Assembly (NCBI RefSeq): GCF_036321535.1
Contig: NC_087437.1
Location: 65,040,001-65,104,000, forward strand
DNA: 64,000 nt
Reading direction: 5' to 3'
From: Camelus dromedarius
Taxonomy: Eukaryota
In this document: positions 26,501 through 37,430 of the stretch, piece after piece
Layout: every line of letters starts with the position of its first letter
Position numbering within the stretch: position 1 is the first letter of the stretch
Made by a program: the position numbers and the translations under genes
Notes under the pieces: generated by a model
The model's input: only the letters and a program-made list of their open reading frames with translations
What the model was told of the DNA's origin: nothing
The model's database searches: none

Positions 26501-27719
26501 TGTATATGGTCTAGCTATCTGTCTCTTTCTCATGTACACATATACACACCCAAAAAATATTGAGGCATATTCATTTTGGTCATATGTCTGGTGGGCTGGG
26601 GAAGGAGTTACTTTTCCACAAATGATTTCTTTGCTGTTTCAAAAATTTACAATTTGTAGGCTTGAAAATTTCCTCCTATAGTTGTCATTCCTTTAAGAAG
26701 TATTTTTAATTGAGACCATAATCAAACACATGGTGGATAACAACTCTGGATTATAGCAGGATCATGTGTGAATGAAAAAGGTTTATTAATAAGTGTAAGA
26801 ATCCCCATCTACTTGGAGTAGAAAAGCAATGCAAGAGATGAGGATGGGAGGAATGTTATTTTAGAAAACAATATTCTACATGGCAAAGAACTCAACTAAG
26901 GTTCTGCAAACCAATCATCACTGGTCAATAATCCTATAATCTGAGACTAGGATAAAAGGTGGTACCTGTTATCTACTTGATGCTTTTTAATAACTTTTAA
27001 AATTAAATGAATGATTTAGGTTTTCCTTTAATAAACCTCATAAAGCAAAAAAGCCTTAGATTATTAGGTACTTAATTTCCAAACTATTTAAGAGGCACCA
27101 GAATCTGAACACTTTTTCATAACACAGTAATACAAAGGCTAACTTATCTACAATGTCTTGTACTGAATTGATTTTTCATTTCCTTCAATTTCAAAGGAAG
27201 CAAATGAGAAATATACAATAAAGTGCCCCTGCAAATTTAATTAACCTTAGGGAAACCGTCAGAGGCAACTGATACACTCTGACATAAAAGCAGGGTCTCA
27301 ATATATAGTGTTGACTGATAAAAATAAGAAAAAGATGGAAGACTAGATAGAGAATAGAGTTTGTTTGCTATATCTCTGAACATGACAAGCCATCTCATAA
27401 ATGCTTACAAGAGAATGTGGATGATCTAGCACAAAACCATTCCTATTACAAAAATTAAACAAAACAAAGGGGAAAAAAATCTCAGAAAGTCCAGTGTTCT
27501 CTACAATAAAGTACAAAGTTAAGTCTTGGTTTTCTCTGAGAACAGATCAAGTCAATACAGAAGGAAAAAAAAGAAACAACATGAAAGCTAAGAAGTTTCT
27601 AACTCAAGGACTGAGGGAAAAAAGCATACAACAAAGAATTTGTGTATTTATGTAAACAGTATTGAACAGTGTTACTCTGATACACCAGAACATTTTAAAA
27701 TGGGTGAAAATTTTGGTTA

Positions 27720-28310
27720 AGGCCTCCCTGACCTAAACTTTCTTTTCCAACCCATTCCCCAAATTATTGCTAAAATCACTCCCAAAGCACGAATCTAATC
27801 TTGTTAGCTCTCTGCTTAAAAACATCTAATGGTTCTCTAATACCTATGAGATAAACTCCAAATTCTGTATTATAACATAAAAGATTCCTCATAATATAAT
27901 GCCCATCTACCTTTCCAGTCACTATTCCTATCAGTCATTTTTTCATTACCCTGTAATTTACTACATTAATTCATTTATTCCACAAAATTCTTGTTCTTTC
28001 TCATTGGAGTCTTTCAGATACTGTTACTTTGGCCTAGAATATTCCACTCCCTTCTACACAATGAAATTCTACTTGTCCTTTAAGTCTCAGTCAAATAGCA
28101 TCTGCCTTTTAAAGCCTTTCAAGATTCCACCAGGCAGAGTATTTAACTCTACTTAGGTGCTTAAACAGAATTTGTCTATGCTCTAATCTATAGCACTAGA
28201 TGTTTGTGTCTGTCTGCTGTGACAGATTAGGACTAGAAGGTAGGGGATATGTTATTATTCCTAGTTTGGAATACAAAATTGCTCATAATAGTGATTTAAT
28301 AAATATCTGT
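27720..28310 (+). mobile_element. L2 fragment
   Basis: ctctctgcttaaaaacatctaatggttctc...aaactccaaattc...taataaatatctgtt. Confidence 0.6.
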
Positions 28311-28543
28311 TTAGACCTCTAATTATTTCAAATCACTTAATATGATAGTTCTCAAAACTTACAAAGTAGAGTTTAAGTATTTTAAGATTGCTTTACCTAA
28401 AATAGTTGAAAATAAGATTTTTTGCTGTTCTGTTTAATTACTTTAACTGACTACACTACATGAATTGTGCAATTATTTTCATTTAAATTTAATGGAAATC
28501 CTGCAAAAAGATCTCTTCAATCTAAATATATAGAAATACTCAC

Positions 28544-28638
28544 TTCTATATTTGGCAGAGTAATTGTCACTTGTTCACCTTTGCCGACTTCAAGCTCTCC
28601 TTCACAAGAAGTGTCAATAGAGGCAGGTTTGAAGTCAT
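28544..28638 (-). CDS. EAF2: EAF2 coding exon 2 ([32 protein letters not shown])
   Basis: Acceptor tttttag|AT, donor GAA|GTGAGT; 95 nt. Joins exon 1 in frame (T+AT = Tyr). Contains the EAF domain motif DFKPASID. Confidence 0.97.
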
Positions 28639-29414
28639 CTAAAAATAGATACAGATACAGATTTTTATGAGATGGAACAATATCTGAACATCTGTATATC
28701 AAAAATATGAGCATGCTTCAGAGTGATAAATCATTTTTCAACAGCCAGTAATTAAAAAGGGTTAGAAGGGTCTTAATGTTACAAATAAAACACAGTACAG
28801 TTTATTTCTGTATGTGTAATTCTGAGAAAAAAAGAAATAGCTATACTCTAAAACAATATTCCTCAAATCATGATCCCTTGGGATTCTGTTTACATCAAGA
28901 TGAACTAGACTAAGGTGTTCTACTGCTAAAAACTAAATAATGTCAGTATCTTCGCAATTTGCTAAAAACTGTTATCAGTAGAACATTTTCAATTTTCAGC
29001 CTTATTCTCCCATACATTTTTAAAAACCATCTTCGGCACCTACTACCACTTGCCTGTTGTCCTAGCAGAATACAAAATGAGTGAAAACACAGCACACACA
29101 TACTTAAGGGGAAACTTTTTAAAAAAATTTATTTAGTTTAACAGCTTGAGTTTTTCATAGAAATATATGCCACTAAAAGATGTGTAAATTTAACTAAATC
29201 TGCCAGAAGAAATTAAAAGAAGTTTTTGTTTTGAATTAAATCATAATTCAAATGATATTAAAATATATCACTGAGAACAAATTTAGGGTGCTGAGATACT
29301 TCATATGCTGAACAAGCTTAAAAACCACTAAGATATGAAAGTTACTTGAAAAATAATTCACATCAATATGTATCAATGACTAATAATAATTCTGATATAG
29401 AATTCCTTTGCTAT

Positions 29415-29586
29415 TGCCAGATTATCTTCTGTTTTTTTAAAGAGAGGCCGGTAATCCAGATTTTTGTATAAAAGATCTTGATTTTGGGGTATTTACAACT
29501 AATTCATGTTAAAACAACTGTGTGAGTCAAAGAAAGCATCTCTAAATTCAAAATCAGCTGATAGGCTGTTAATCTATAACCTCTGT
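29415..29586 (+). mobile_element. MER102-like hAT element fragment
   Basis: gccagattatc...aagagaggccggtaatccagatttttgtataaaa...ataacctctg resembles the recalled MER102 3' half. Confidence 0.55.
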
Positions 29587-29769
29587 TCAGTGTTTAAAAG
29601 CTGATTCTTTTTCTTTATATCATTACTTTTGATTTTTATAACAACTCTTTGAGTTGAATATTCTCATCCATATTTTACCAATGGTGAATCCCTCTAAAGT
29701 AATGAACTCAAGTCACATACTCTACCCACTCCATATTATATAGTCTCTTTGCCTTAGATCCACAGTTCT

Positions 29770-29918
29770 TTTTTAAAAATTTATTTTTTTTTGAAGGGTG
29801 GTGGTAATTAGGTTTACTTACTTATTCATTTATTTGTTTAATGGAGGCACTGGGAATTGAACCCAGGACCTCATGCAGGCTAGGCACATACTCTACCATT
29901 GAGCTATATCCTCCTCCC
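29770..29918 (-). mobile_element. tRNA-derived SINE (camelid Vic-type)
   Basis: Reverse complement of the 5393 element; TSD gatccacagttct at 29757-29769 and 29921-29933. Confidence 0.9.
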
Positions 29919-29989
29919 TTGATCCACAGTTCTGAATTTGTGTGTGTATGTGTTGGGGCAGCAAGGGTGGTGTTAGATGAGGGACAGTT

Positions 29990-30152
29990 ATAAGTCCCTA
30001 TGGGAATCTGAAGAAATTATAGACCAGCCATAGATCCTCTCTGCAGAAAAATGCATTTATTAACATACATATCAAATACTATGTAATTTCAAGGGATTCA
30101 CAAGCCCTTGAAGCCCATGCCATAGATGTTCATAGGATATTATAAGATACCT
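29990..30152 (+). mobile_element. MER103-like hAT MITE
   Basis: gaatctg...gatcctctctgcagaaaaatgca...aatttcaagggattcacaagcccttgaagcccat. Confidence 0.55.
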
Positions 30153-30369
30153 ATAACAGACAGAAATGTACTCAAAGTATCTGCAGCTTTACTTAATGAT
30201 AAGCAGTAATTTATAACCAGTAAGTCTAGCAAAATTATTCTGAATCTATGTTTCTAATTATTTTTACTGTTAGAATTAATAAATTCCAGTTTTTATTACT
30301 TGTTATATTAAGTAGTGTTGTCTTCTATTTACCTTCATACAAGTTTCTTTTTAAGAATACAACTTATGA

Positions 30370-31372
30370 AACTGTACAGCTACCTGTGAAAGACAGAAAT
30401 TAGAACATTCTCTAACACCATGCACAGAAATAAACTCAAAATGTATTAAAGACCTAATGTAAGGCCAGATTCTATAAAACTCCTAGAGGAAAACATAGGC
30501 AGAACACCCACGGACATACATCACAGCAGTATATTTTTTGAACCAGCTCCTGGAGTAATGGAAATAAAAACAAAAATAAACAAATAGGACCTAATTAAAC
30601 TTAAAAGCTTTTGCACAGCTAAGAATACCATCAACAAAACAAAAAGACAACCAACAGAATGGGAGAAAATATTTGCAAATGATGCAACCGACGAGGGACT
30701 AACTTCCAAAACATACTAACAGCTCATACATCTTAATGTCAAAGAAACAAGCAATCCAATCCAAAAATGGGCAAGAGACTTAAACAAGCAATTCTCCAAT
30801 GAAGAAATACGAATGGCCAATAAACACATGAAAAAATGCTCAGTATCACTAATTGTCAGAGAGATGCAGATCAAAACTATGAGATATCACCTCACACCAG
30901 CCAGAATGGCCATCATTGAAAAGTCTACAAACGATAGATGCTGGAGAGGGTGCAGAGAAAAGGGAATCCTCCTACACTGCTGGTGGAAGTGCAGACTGGT
31001 GTAGCCACTATGGAGGACAGTATGGAGGTTCCTTAAAAAACTGAAAATAGACTTACCGTGTGATCCTGCAATCCCATTCCTAGGCATATAACCAGGGAAA
31101 AATAAAATTCAAAAAGACTTGTGTATGCCAATGTTCACAGCAGCACTATTTACAATAGCCAAGACTTAGAAACAATCCAAATGTCCATCAACAGATGGCT
31201 GAATAAAGAAGATGTGGTACGCATATACAATGGAACACTACTTAGTCATAAAAAAGAATAAAATAATGCCTTTTGCAGAAATATGGATGGACCTGAAGAT
31301 CATCATTCTAAGTGAACTAGTCTGGAAAGAGAAAGAAAAATTCCATATGATATCACTTACATGTGGAATCTA

Positions 31373-31428
<56 letters not shown>

Positions 31429-31784
31429 CAACAATAATAATAACAATAATAATAATAAGGATACAAATGAATTACTTATTATTTATAACTTAGATGATTG
31501 ATTTCTTGAATATGTGTAAGCACATTTGACTGTCCTGTATGATTGGATCACCACATTTTTGTTGATTCTAATTTTATGGTTGGCTTTACTCCTTTGATAA
31601 CTATGTAAGTTTAAAAAGCTAAAGCTCTAATCTTCTCTTAGAAACAACGGTTAGTAAATATATATAAACTAAAAAAAGTACAGTATATTGTATATATTGT
31701 ATTTACATGCAATATAATGTATATGTGCAGTCAAACTGTAATAATTCTACCTAAAAAACTGAAAAAGGAAAGAAAAGAAAACAA
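30370..31784 (+). mobile_element. TSD-bounded L1 insertion: ORF2 3' part, (TAA)n, about 265 nt of non-L1-looking sequence, A-rich tail
   Basis: ORF 30813..31004 is the ORF2 CCHC region. 17-bp direct repeat aagaatacaacttatga at 30353-30369 and 31785-31801. Confidence 0.88.
31375..31458. repeat. (TAA)n/(CAA)n microsatellite inside L1
   Basis: About 28 trinucleotide units directly visible. Confidence 0.95.
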
Positions 31785-32099
31785 AAGAATACAACTTATG
31801 AGTGTCAAGGGGTTAATAGCTCTAGAATTACAGAATTTGTTGAATGATTTTCATGTTCATGCTTTCCAAATGCTTCCAAATGTCAAATATATTTTCTTCT
31901 AAGTTGCTGATTCCAGGCCAAATAGTTTATTTCTTTTAGTTTTTCTTGGTTTGGAAAACTCACCACTAATTTTATCATTTATTTATTCTCTCTGGCTTTC
32001 CTTCATCTATATTATTTTCTTCAGGTTTATAATATAATTACTTATATTACATAAAGAGTAGAAAAACATTTCCTGCTTTGTACTTAATATTTTTCTGTT

Positions 32100-32745
32100 A
32101 GTGTTGCTCACTTTTCTGACTACTTGGCTGTAGCATCACACAATGTCAATATCTTCATGAAAGAGTCCACAATTAGTATCATAAATTTATTTCCTGGGAT
32201 TTGAATTAATTTAACTAACTCTAAAACCCACACCCTTTCCAATATACCACACTAATCAGAGAACATTAACTGTAAATATAATTTTAATCCTATATTTCAT
32301 TAGCGTATTTTCTAATATTTGCTCACACCAAAGCTTAACAACCACTTTTTTTGGGAATGGCTCCCCTTGATGTCCCAGACAATCTTTCTGTAGTCAATGC
32401 CCATGAGCTCATTATTTTGTGACAGCAAAAAGTGGTGTCATTTACAGCCTTAAGAATTTCAATCTTTATTCCCTTATATGATATAAATTGTAAAACTAGT
32501 ATTAGCCCAAACCAAAATTTATTTTAGTGAGTCCTGTTGCTCAAGGTCTTCTACTGAGTGAGGCATCTGCTGCTAAGCATTTAGTTTATCATTTATGGAA
32601 CATCCCACGTCCTCCCTACCACACGCCAAGCTATCTTTTTGATAGGTTTTATTGCAAAGCCCTGATAAATGCTTTTTGAAAGTCTAAGTAAATTACATGT
32701 ATTGGTACTCCTTATACACACATGAATATAACCCTTCAAGAATAA
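32100..32745 (-). mobile_element. Ancient CR1/L3 LINE reverse-transcriptase remnant
   Basis: Minus strand 32712-32668 translates GVPIHVIYLDFQKAF, the CR1-type RT motif (VDVIYLDFxKAF). A degenerate KF(A)DDTK-like stretch lies near 32172-32190. Boundaries approximate. Confidence 0.65.
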
Positions 32746-32759
32746 TGGTGACTACTATT

Positions 32760-32945
32760 TATTCTGTCCAAATACTGTGCTAGGTTGTCAATACTATCTT
32801 ATTTAATCCTGAAACTCTGAAATGTAGATATTATTATCCCTATTTTACATATAAGAAAACTGAGGCTGAAAGCTTAGGTAATGTTACCGAAGGTACACTG
32901 CATATATAGGTGGTAAAGGTCAGAATTCATACCCAGGTTTTTCCA
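32760..32945 (-). mobile_element. MIR SINE
   Basis: attattatccctattttacatataagaaaactgaggct is the MIR core. Confidence 0.75.
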
Positions 32946-33054
32946 AAGCCTCCGCATACTGAACAGGTACAATTACCTAAGTACATAAAGATAGGATATT
33001 ACTTTCTTCCAGGTAACACTGTTTTGAGTGTTATAAATTAAATCCACCCTGAAC

Positions 33055-33290
33055 GGGATTAAGAGGTACAAACCTCCAGTTATAATAAACAAGTCACAAG
33101 GATGTAATACACAACATAAGGAACACGGTCAATAATATTGTAATAACTCTGTGGGGACAGACGGTTACTAGACTTATTGTGGTGATCATTTCATAATGTA
33201 TGCAAATGCCAAATCATAATGTAGCACACCTGAAACTAACATAGTATTGTATATTAACTATGTTTCAAAAAAATTTAAAATAAATAAATG
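33055..33290 (+). mobile_element. L1 (L1MA-type) 3' end
   Basis: gggattaagaggtacaaacctccagttata...acacctgaaactaacatagtattgtat followed by A-rich tail. Confidence 0.8.
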
Positions 33291-35270
33291 TCATGCTAAA
33301 ATATATTTGAATCATCCTTATGAATTATCATGATACTTTCAATATTTTCACACCCTTCCTGTTAAAAAACTTAGATTATAACAATATTTACATTGAGTGA
33401 ATGAATGAAAATTGTGAGCATTATGTAAAACTGATACTGGAAACACTGTATTTTTCACATACCTATCAATTTAAAGGCATTTAATAATTTTAATAAAAAA
33501 TGAGAATGGTTGAATTTATTGCTTCATTCTATAGGTAAGATGAACTTAGCAACTTAAAGTGAATTGTCTAAAGTTCCACAGTCTATAGAAAAGCTGAATT
33601 AATGTATTTGTGTATTTTCTGTTCTACTTCATTACAGAGCTTAAACATGAATATATTTTTTAAAAAACAGAAACAAGGTCTTATTTATTCTCCCTGAGGA
33701 AAAACATACTTTCACATGTAGTACTGATAAATAAAGTAAAAATAATAAATATTCTTTGTTTCCAGAAAGAAAAATGTACAATTAAAAGGAAACAAATTAG
33801 GTTCACCTGTATCAAAGTCAGAACTCCTATTCTATAGTTTCTATCCCTCACTCTGAGTCTTTAAGAGTAAGAATTATATGGGAAATGAACCTATCCTCAA
33901 GAATAATGATTGGTTTTATTTTAAAAAATCTAGAAAAGTTCTATCTGCTTCAACAAGAAGAATAAAACTAAGGGCTGAAAACTTTTATAATGTCTTCCAT
34001 AGGACTAAAAGTGTATTCAAACATCTGGGTTTATTGTGGTTATTATTATTGCTGTTCTATTTTCATTCTTGTAACTAGATCATCCAATTCTCTAATTCTG
34101 AAGACACAATTCCAGCATTTTGAAAATTTTTGTTTCTTGAGCAAAATTGTGTAATCTTAAACCTTGTAATTAAAAAAATTAATACTAAGACTACTGCATA
34201 CCTAAGAAAGAAGAGGAAAGGAGAGAGAGAAGATATTATTTAAGAGAAAGGCATGGAGAAACCAGATAAGAACTATATCATATTTTTGGAAAACGAGACT
34301 GAAGAAAGAGAGAAACTGCACAGCCAGCACTAGCTGTCTCACTGTGGTAAGCCCTGGACCACAAAGTATGGTAAAGAAGAACAAAAAGGAACACTGTTGA
34401 GATCTGTTTGCAAATGTCTTCCCATTTATTCTATCAATTGGATATCAATTTTGCTAAATAAAACCCTTTTATAAAATGTAAATATATCCATGGAGAGTTA
34501 AACCTATTGGTTCTTCATACCTTTACTGTGAGTTACTGTAATTAGATTGTGTCAAACTTAAGTAAACTTCTGTAAAATGTGAATTTTAATTGGGTGTTCT
34601 GATTGAAGCATGAAATACTTCAGAATAAAAACCATAAAGATCTTTGAACAGTCTAAGGCCAGAATAACTGAAAAAGGTGGAGTGATGAGACACTAAGGAA
34701 GGGCAGGGCTAGCAAGAGGAAGTGAAATAATACCTACTTTACAATTTGCCACAGAAAAATAAGAGGTTATGATTCAATGATCTCAAAGTTTCCTTCCCAC
34801 TCTATAATTCTATGAGGGCAAAGAATGAATGTTTTACATACCAAATCATAATATACTATATTTTTCTTCCTGAAACTTACATCATCCAATTATTAAAGCA
34901 AAAGAGCTCCATTTTCTACTTCAACAACATAAAATACAAAAATGTATCAAAACTAGTTCCAGAGGACAACCAAAAGGAAACCAAAAGGATAAATCATAGG
35001 GGGGAAATATCTTTCTAATAAATTAATAATACATCCTTCAATACTTTGATAACCAGTATTTGATGATTGACTGAAATTGGGAGTCCAAAAGAGATACAGA
35101 TTATTAAAATGGTCCAGAATCTCTCTCTGGGAACACACTTAAATAAGAACCCTCATCAGCCAGAAATACCTAAAGTAAAGAGACTATTTCCCCACCAACC
35201 TAAAGGCAATCCCTTTCCCCAGCATAATAATAGTTCAGTCCTTCGCTCTCTTCCATTTGTCACCTTATTA

Positions 35271-35597
35271 CAGTTGTCCCTTGAATAACAAGGGTGTAAA
35301 CTGCAAGGGTCCACTTCCTTGCGGATTTTTTTCAATACATATAGTATCTGTACTTTCATCTTTAGAGATCTTTAAATTAACGAAGTGTGGGAAAAGTTTG
35401 TTCGATTAGAGATCACAATATGCGGAATTAAAAGAACTAGGGGTTGAGTCCTGATTCTATCCAAATGGTTTCAGCTTCCGGACCTTGGGTGAGTCACGTA
35501 TCAATTCTTTAGTTTTTGAGGCAGAGAGAGCAATATGTGGATTTTCCACTGCGCGGGATCCACGCCCCTAACCCCTGCCTTGTTCAAGGGTCAATTG
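35271..35597. mobile_element. Tigger2-derived MITE (TcMar-Tigger)
   Basis: Terminal inverted repeats cagttgtcccttgaataa and ttgttcaagggtcaattg, with TA on the left flank; both ends match recalled Tigger2 termini. Confidence 0.8.
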
Positions 35598-35913
35598 AAT
35601 TTTCCCTTCCATCTCTGCATCATCCACCCGTCATGTCTATCTCCATCCATAGTCACTCCTGCAGACCTCCACAAAATACCCCTTTCTGCCTGTTGGTCTT
35701 AACTTAAATTTCTGCCCCAAATTACCCACAGCTGCTCCACGCAGCTGCTTCCACCGATACCCTAGGACGCGGGACAAGGCAGTGGATCACGTTGGGCAGC
35801 CACTTTCCTTCAGAATAAGAAGGTATGTGCGAACACGACTTGGGGAGGGTTGTCTCTCTGCACCCGCATAACCAGAGCTCCCCCTTTTCCCTCCCGGCGT
35901 CGTCCGTACTCAC

Positions 35914-36019
35914 AGCGCACTGTGTGGAAGGCGCAGCGCGGCTGCTTCTCAAAACTCTCGCCTAACTTGAGAATCCGCTCGCGACTGTCAATATGCGAGG
36001 GTCTCGCTACTCCATTCAT
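35914..36019 (-). CDS. EAF2: ELL-associated factor 2, coding exon 1 (MNGVARPSHIDSRERILKLGESFEKQPRCAFHTVR); a second in-frame ATG lies at 36022
   Basis: Translation matches the EAF-family N-terminus (LKLGESFEKQPRCAFHTVR). Donor T|GTGAGT at 35914/35913; 106 nt, phase 1. Confidence 0.97.
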
Positions 36020-36229
36020 CATTATCCTCCAGCTCCGACTTGGCTTCGGCCACCAGCGCTCATTACCATCTGCCACCTCAGCCTAAAGCAGCTGCACTTG
36101 CTGCAGCCGGCGCAGCCACCACAGACCCCGCCCCGCGCCGGACAAGCGCGGCCCCTCTGGCGCCCCTCGCGTGCTGATTGGCTGCCTGGAGAGGGCGCCC
36201 CGCCCCTTGGCCCCGAGGCTCCTGGTCCC

Positions 36230-36291
36230 GTAGCCCCGCCCGACTTCCCGCGTTGAGACGCACGCCGCCCGAAGAAGGCCGCGCTTCTGAG
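36230..36291 (+). other. IQCB1: IQCB1 probable non-coding exon 1 (start uncertain)
   Basis: Candidate donor GAG|GTGCGC at 36291/36292 just downstream of the GC and CCAAT boxes. Other candidate donors occur near 36342 and 36357. The TSS cannot be read from sequence. Confidence 0.4.
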
Positions 36292-36828
36292 GTGCGCGGT
36301 GGGAGTCGGGTCCTTTGGTGGAGGAACGTGAAGCGGGAATGAGGTAGCGGACCTGAGGTGCCAGTTAGGGAAGCAGAGGGTCCCGGGGTACCGGGAGGCC
36401 CGGATACTTGGCTTCTGGACCAAGTGACCTGGCATTTAGGCGTTCTTAAGAGAAGAGTCGGCCTGCTCCACGCCCTTTCTGTGGAGATCTGGGGTGGAAA
36501 CTGAGGCCTGGGGAGGGGCGGGGCCTGGGCACGAGGCCTGGTGTCTTGCCCAAGGCCTCGCAGCGCCAAAGCGGGGTCTAGAATCTGGAGTAGAGCTCCG
36601 CGGTCCTTGGACCTGACCGGAGCGACGCCGTTACCTCAGCAGTCGTCTTCTGACTATGTTCCAGAGCAAGTTCTCGGTGGTATTAGGACCGCGACAGAGA
36701 GCAGGGGTGGGGGTGGGGGGTGGGGGGTTGGGGGAAAGACGGGAAAAAGGTTCAGAGTTAGGAGCTGCAGATATTTAGGCTCGTTTGCAACTAGATTGGG
36801 TTGCCTTCTTCACTTCTTTCCTTCACAG

Positions 36829-36911
36829 TGATCCGTGGAGGCAGTAACCGCACGGCCACGGAGACAAACTTCCCAGAAGGTCAAGGCCGGAGCTTGTGCT
36901 CTGGCAACAGG
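36829..36911 (+). other. IQCB1: IQCB1 probable non-coding exon 2
   Basis: Strong polypyrimidine acceptor ccttcttcacttctttccttcacag| and donor CAGG|GTAATA; 83 nt, no ATG. Confidence 0.7.
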
Positions 36912-37209
36912 GTAATAGCATTAATAATTGAAAAATAATTGTCTTTTTTTCCTGTCAAAAGTTCGTGAGTTTAAGGGTAAAGATGAGAAAAGTGCTGTAT
37001 TAGAGGAGAAGCACCCAAGAGAATTAGTTTACAAATGGTTGCCATAGCAGTGGTGGTTTTTCAGGGTAATCACAGAATCAGACTACTCCCTTACTTTACC
37101 TTCGCGTATTGTAATTTATTATTCCAAGTAGGTAGATGAATGAGTCTCCCTCAACCTATCTTTTTGTCTAAATTCTACTCTTTTAAGGCGTATTAAGACT
37201 GTTTCCTTG

Positions 37210-37430
37210 GTAGTTAAGGGCTCAGGTTCTGGAGCCAGAATCTCTGAGTTAGTACCGCAGCGTCATACTCTACAGTGTGACTTTGTGCAAACCAAAATAA
37301 TGTGCTCATCATTAAAATTGGGGGAAAAATAATAGCACTTATACCTTAGAGTTGTTGAGAGGATTAAATGAATAAACACATGAAAGCATTTAAAACAATT
37401 CATGGGCATACAGTAAAAGTTCTCCAAATG
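37210..37430 (+). mobile_element. MIR SINE
   Basis: gttaagggctcaggttctggagccaga...gttgttgagaggattaaatgaataa. Confidence 0.75.

Larger units (their letters stand above)
35740..36900. promoter_or_regulatory. CpG island, bidirectional promoter of EAF2 and IQCB1
   Basis: Sharp rise in GC and CpG against an AT-rich background. GC boxes CCCCGCCC near 36126, 36198 and 36234; CCAAT box (ATTGG, 36177-36181). Lies between the EAF2 ATG and the first IQCB1 exons. Confidence 0.9.

Noticed and set aside
35722..36831. Overlapping GC-rich ORFs in the CpG island, including a GTG-initiated N-terminal extension of EAF2 from 36076
   Set aside because: Long ORFs arise by chance in GC-rich DNA with few stops. 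Only the EAF2 exon 1 part has a recognisable product, and nothing supports the GTG start.
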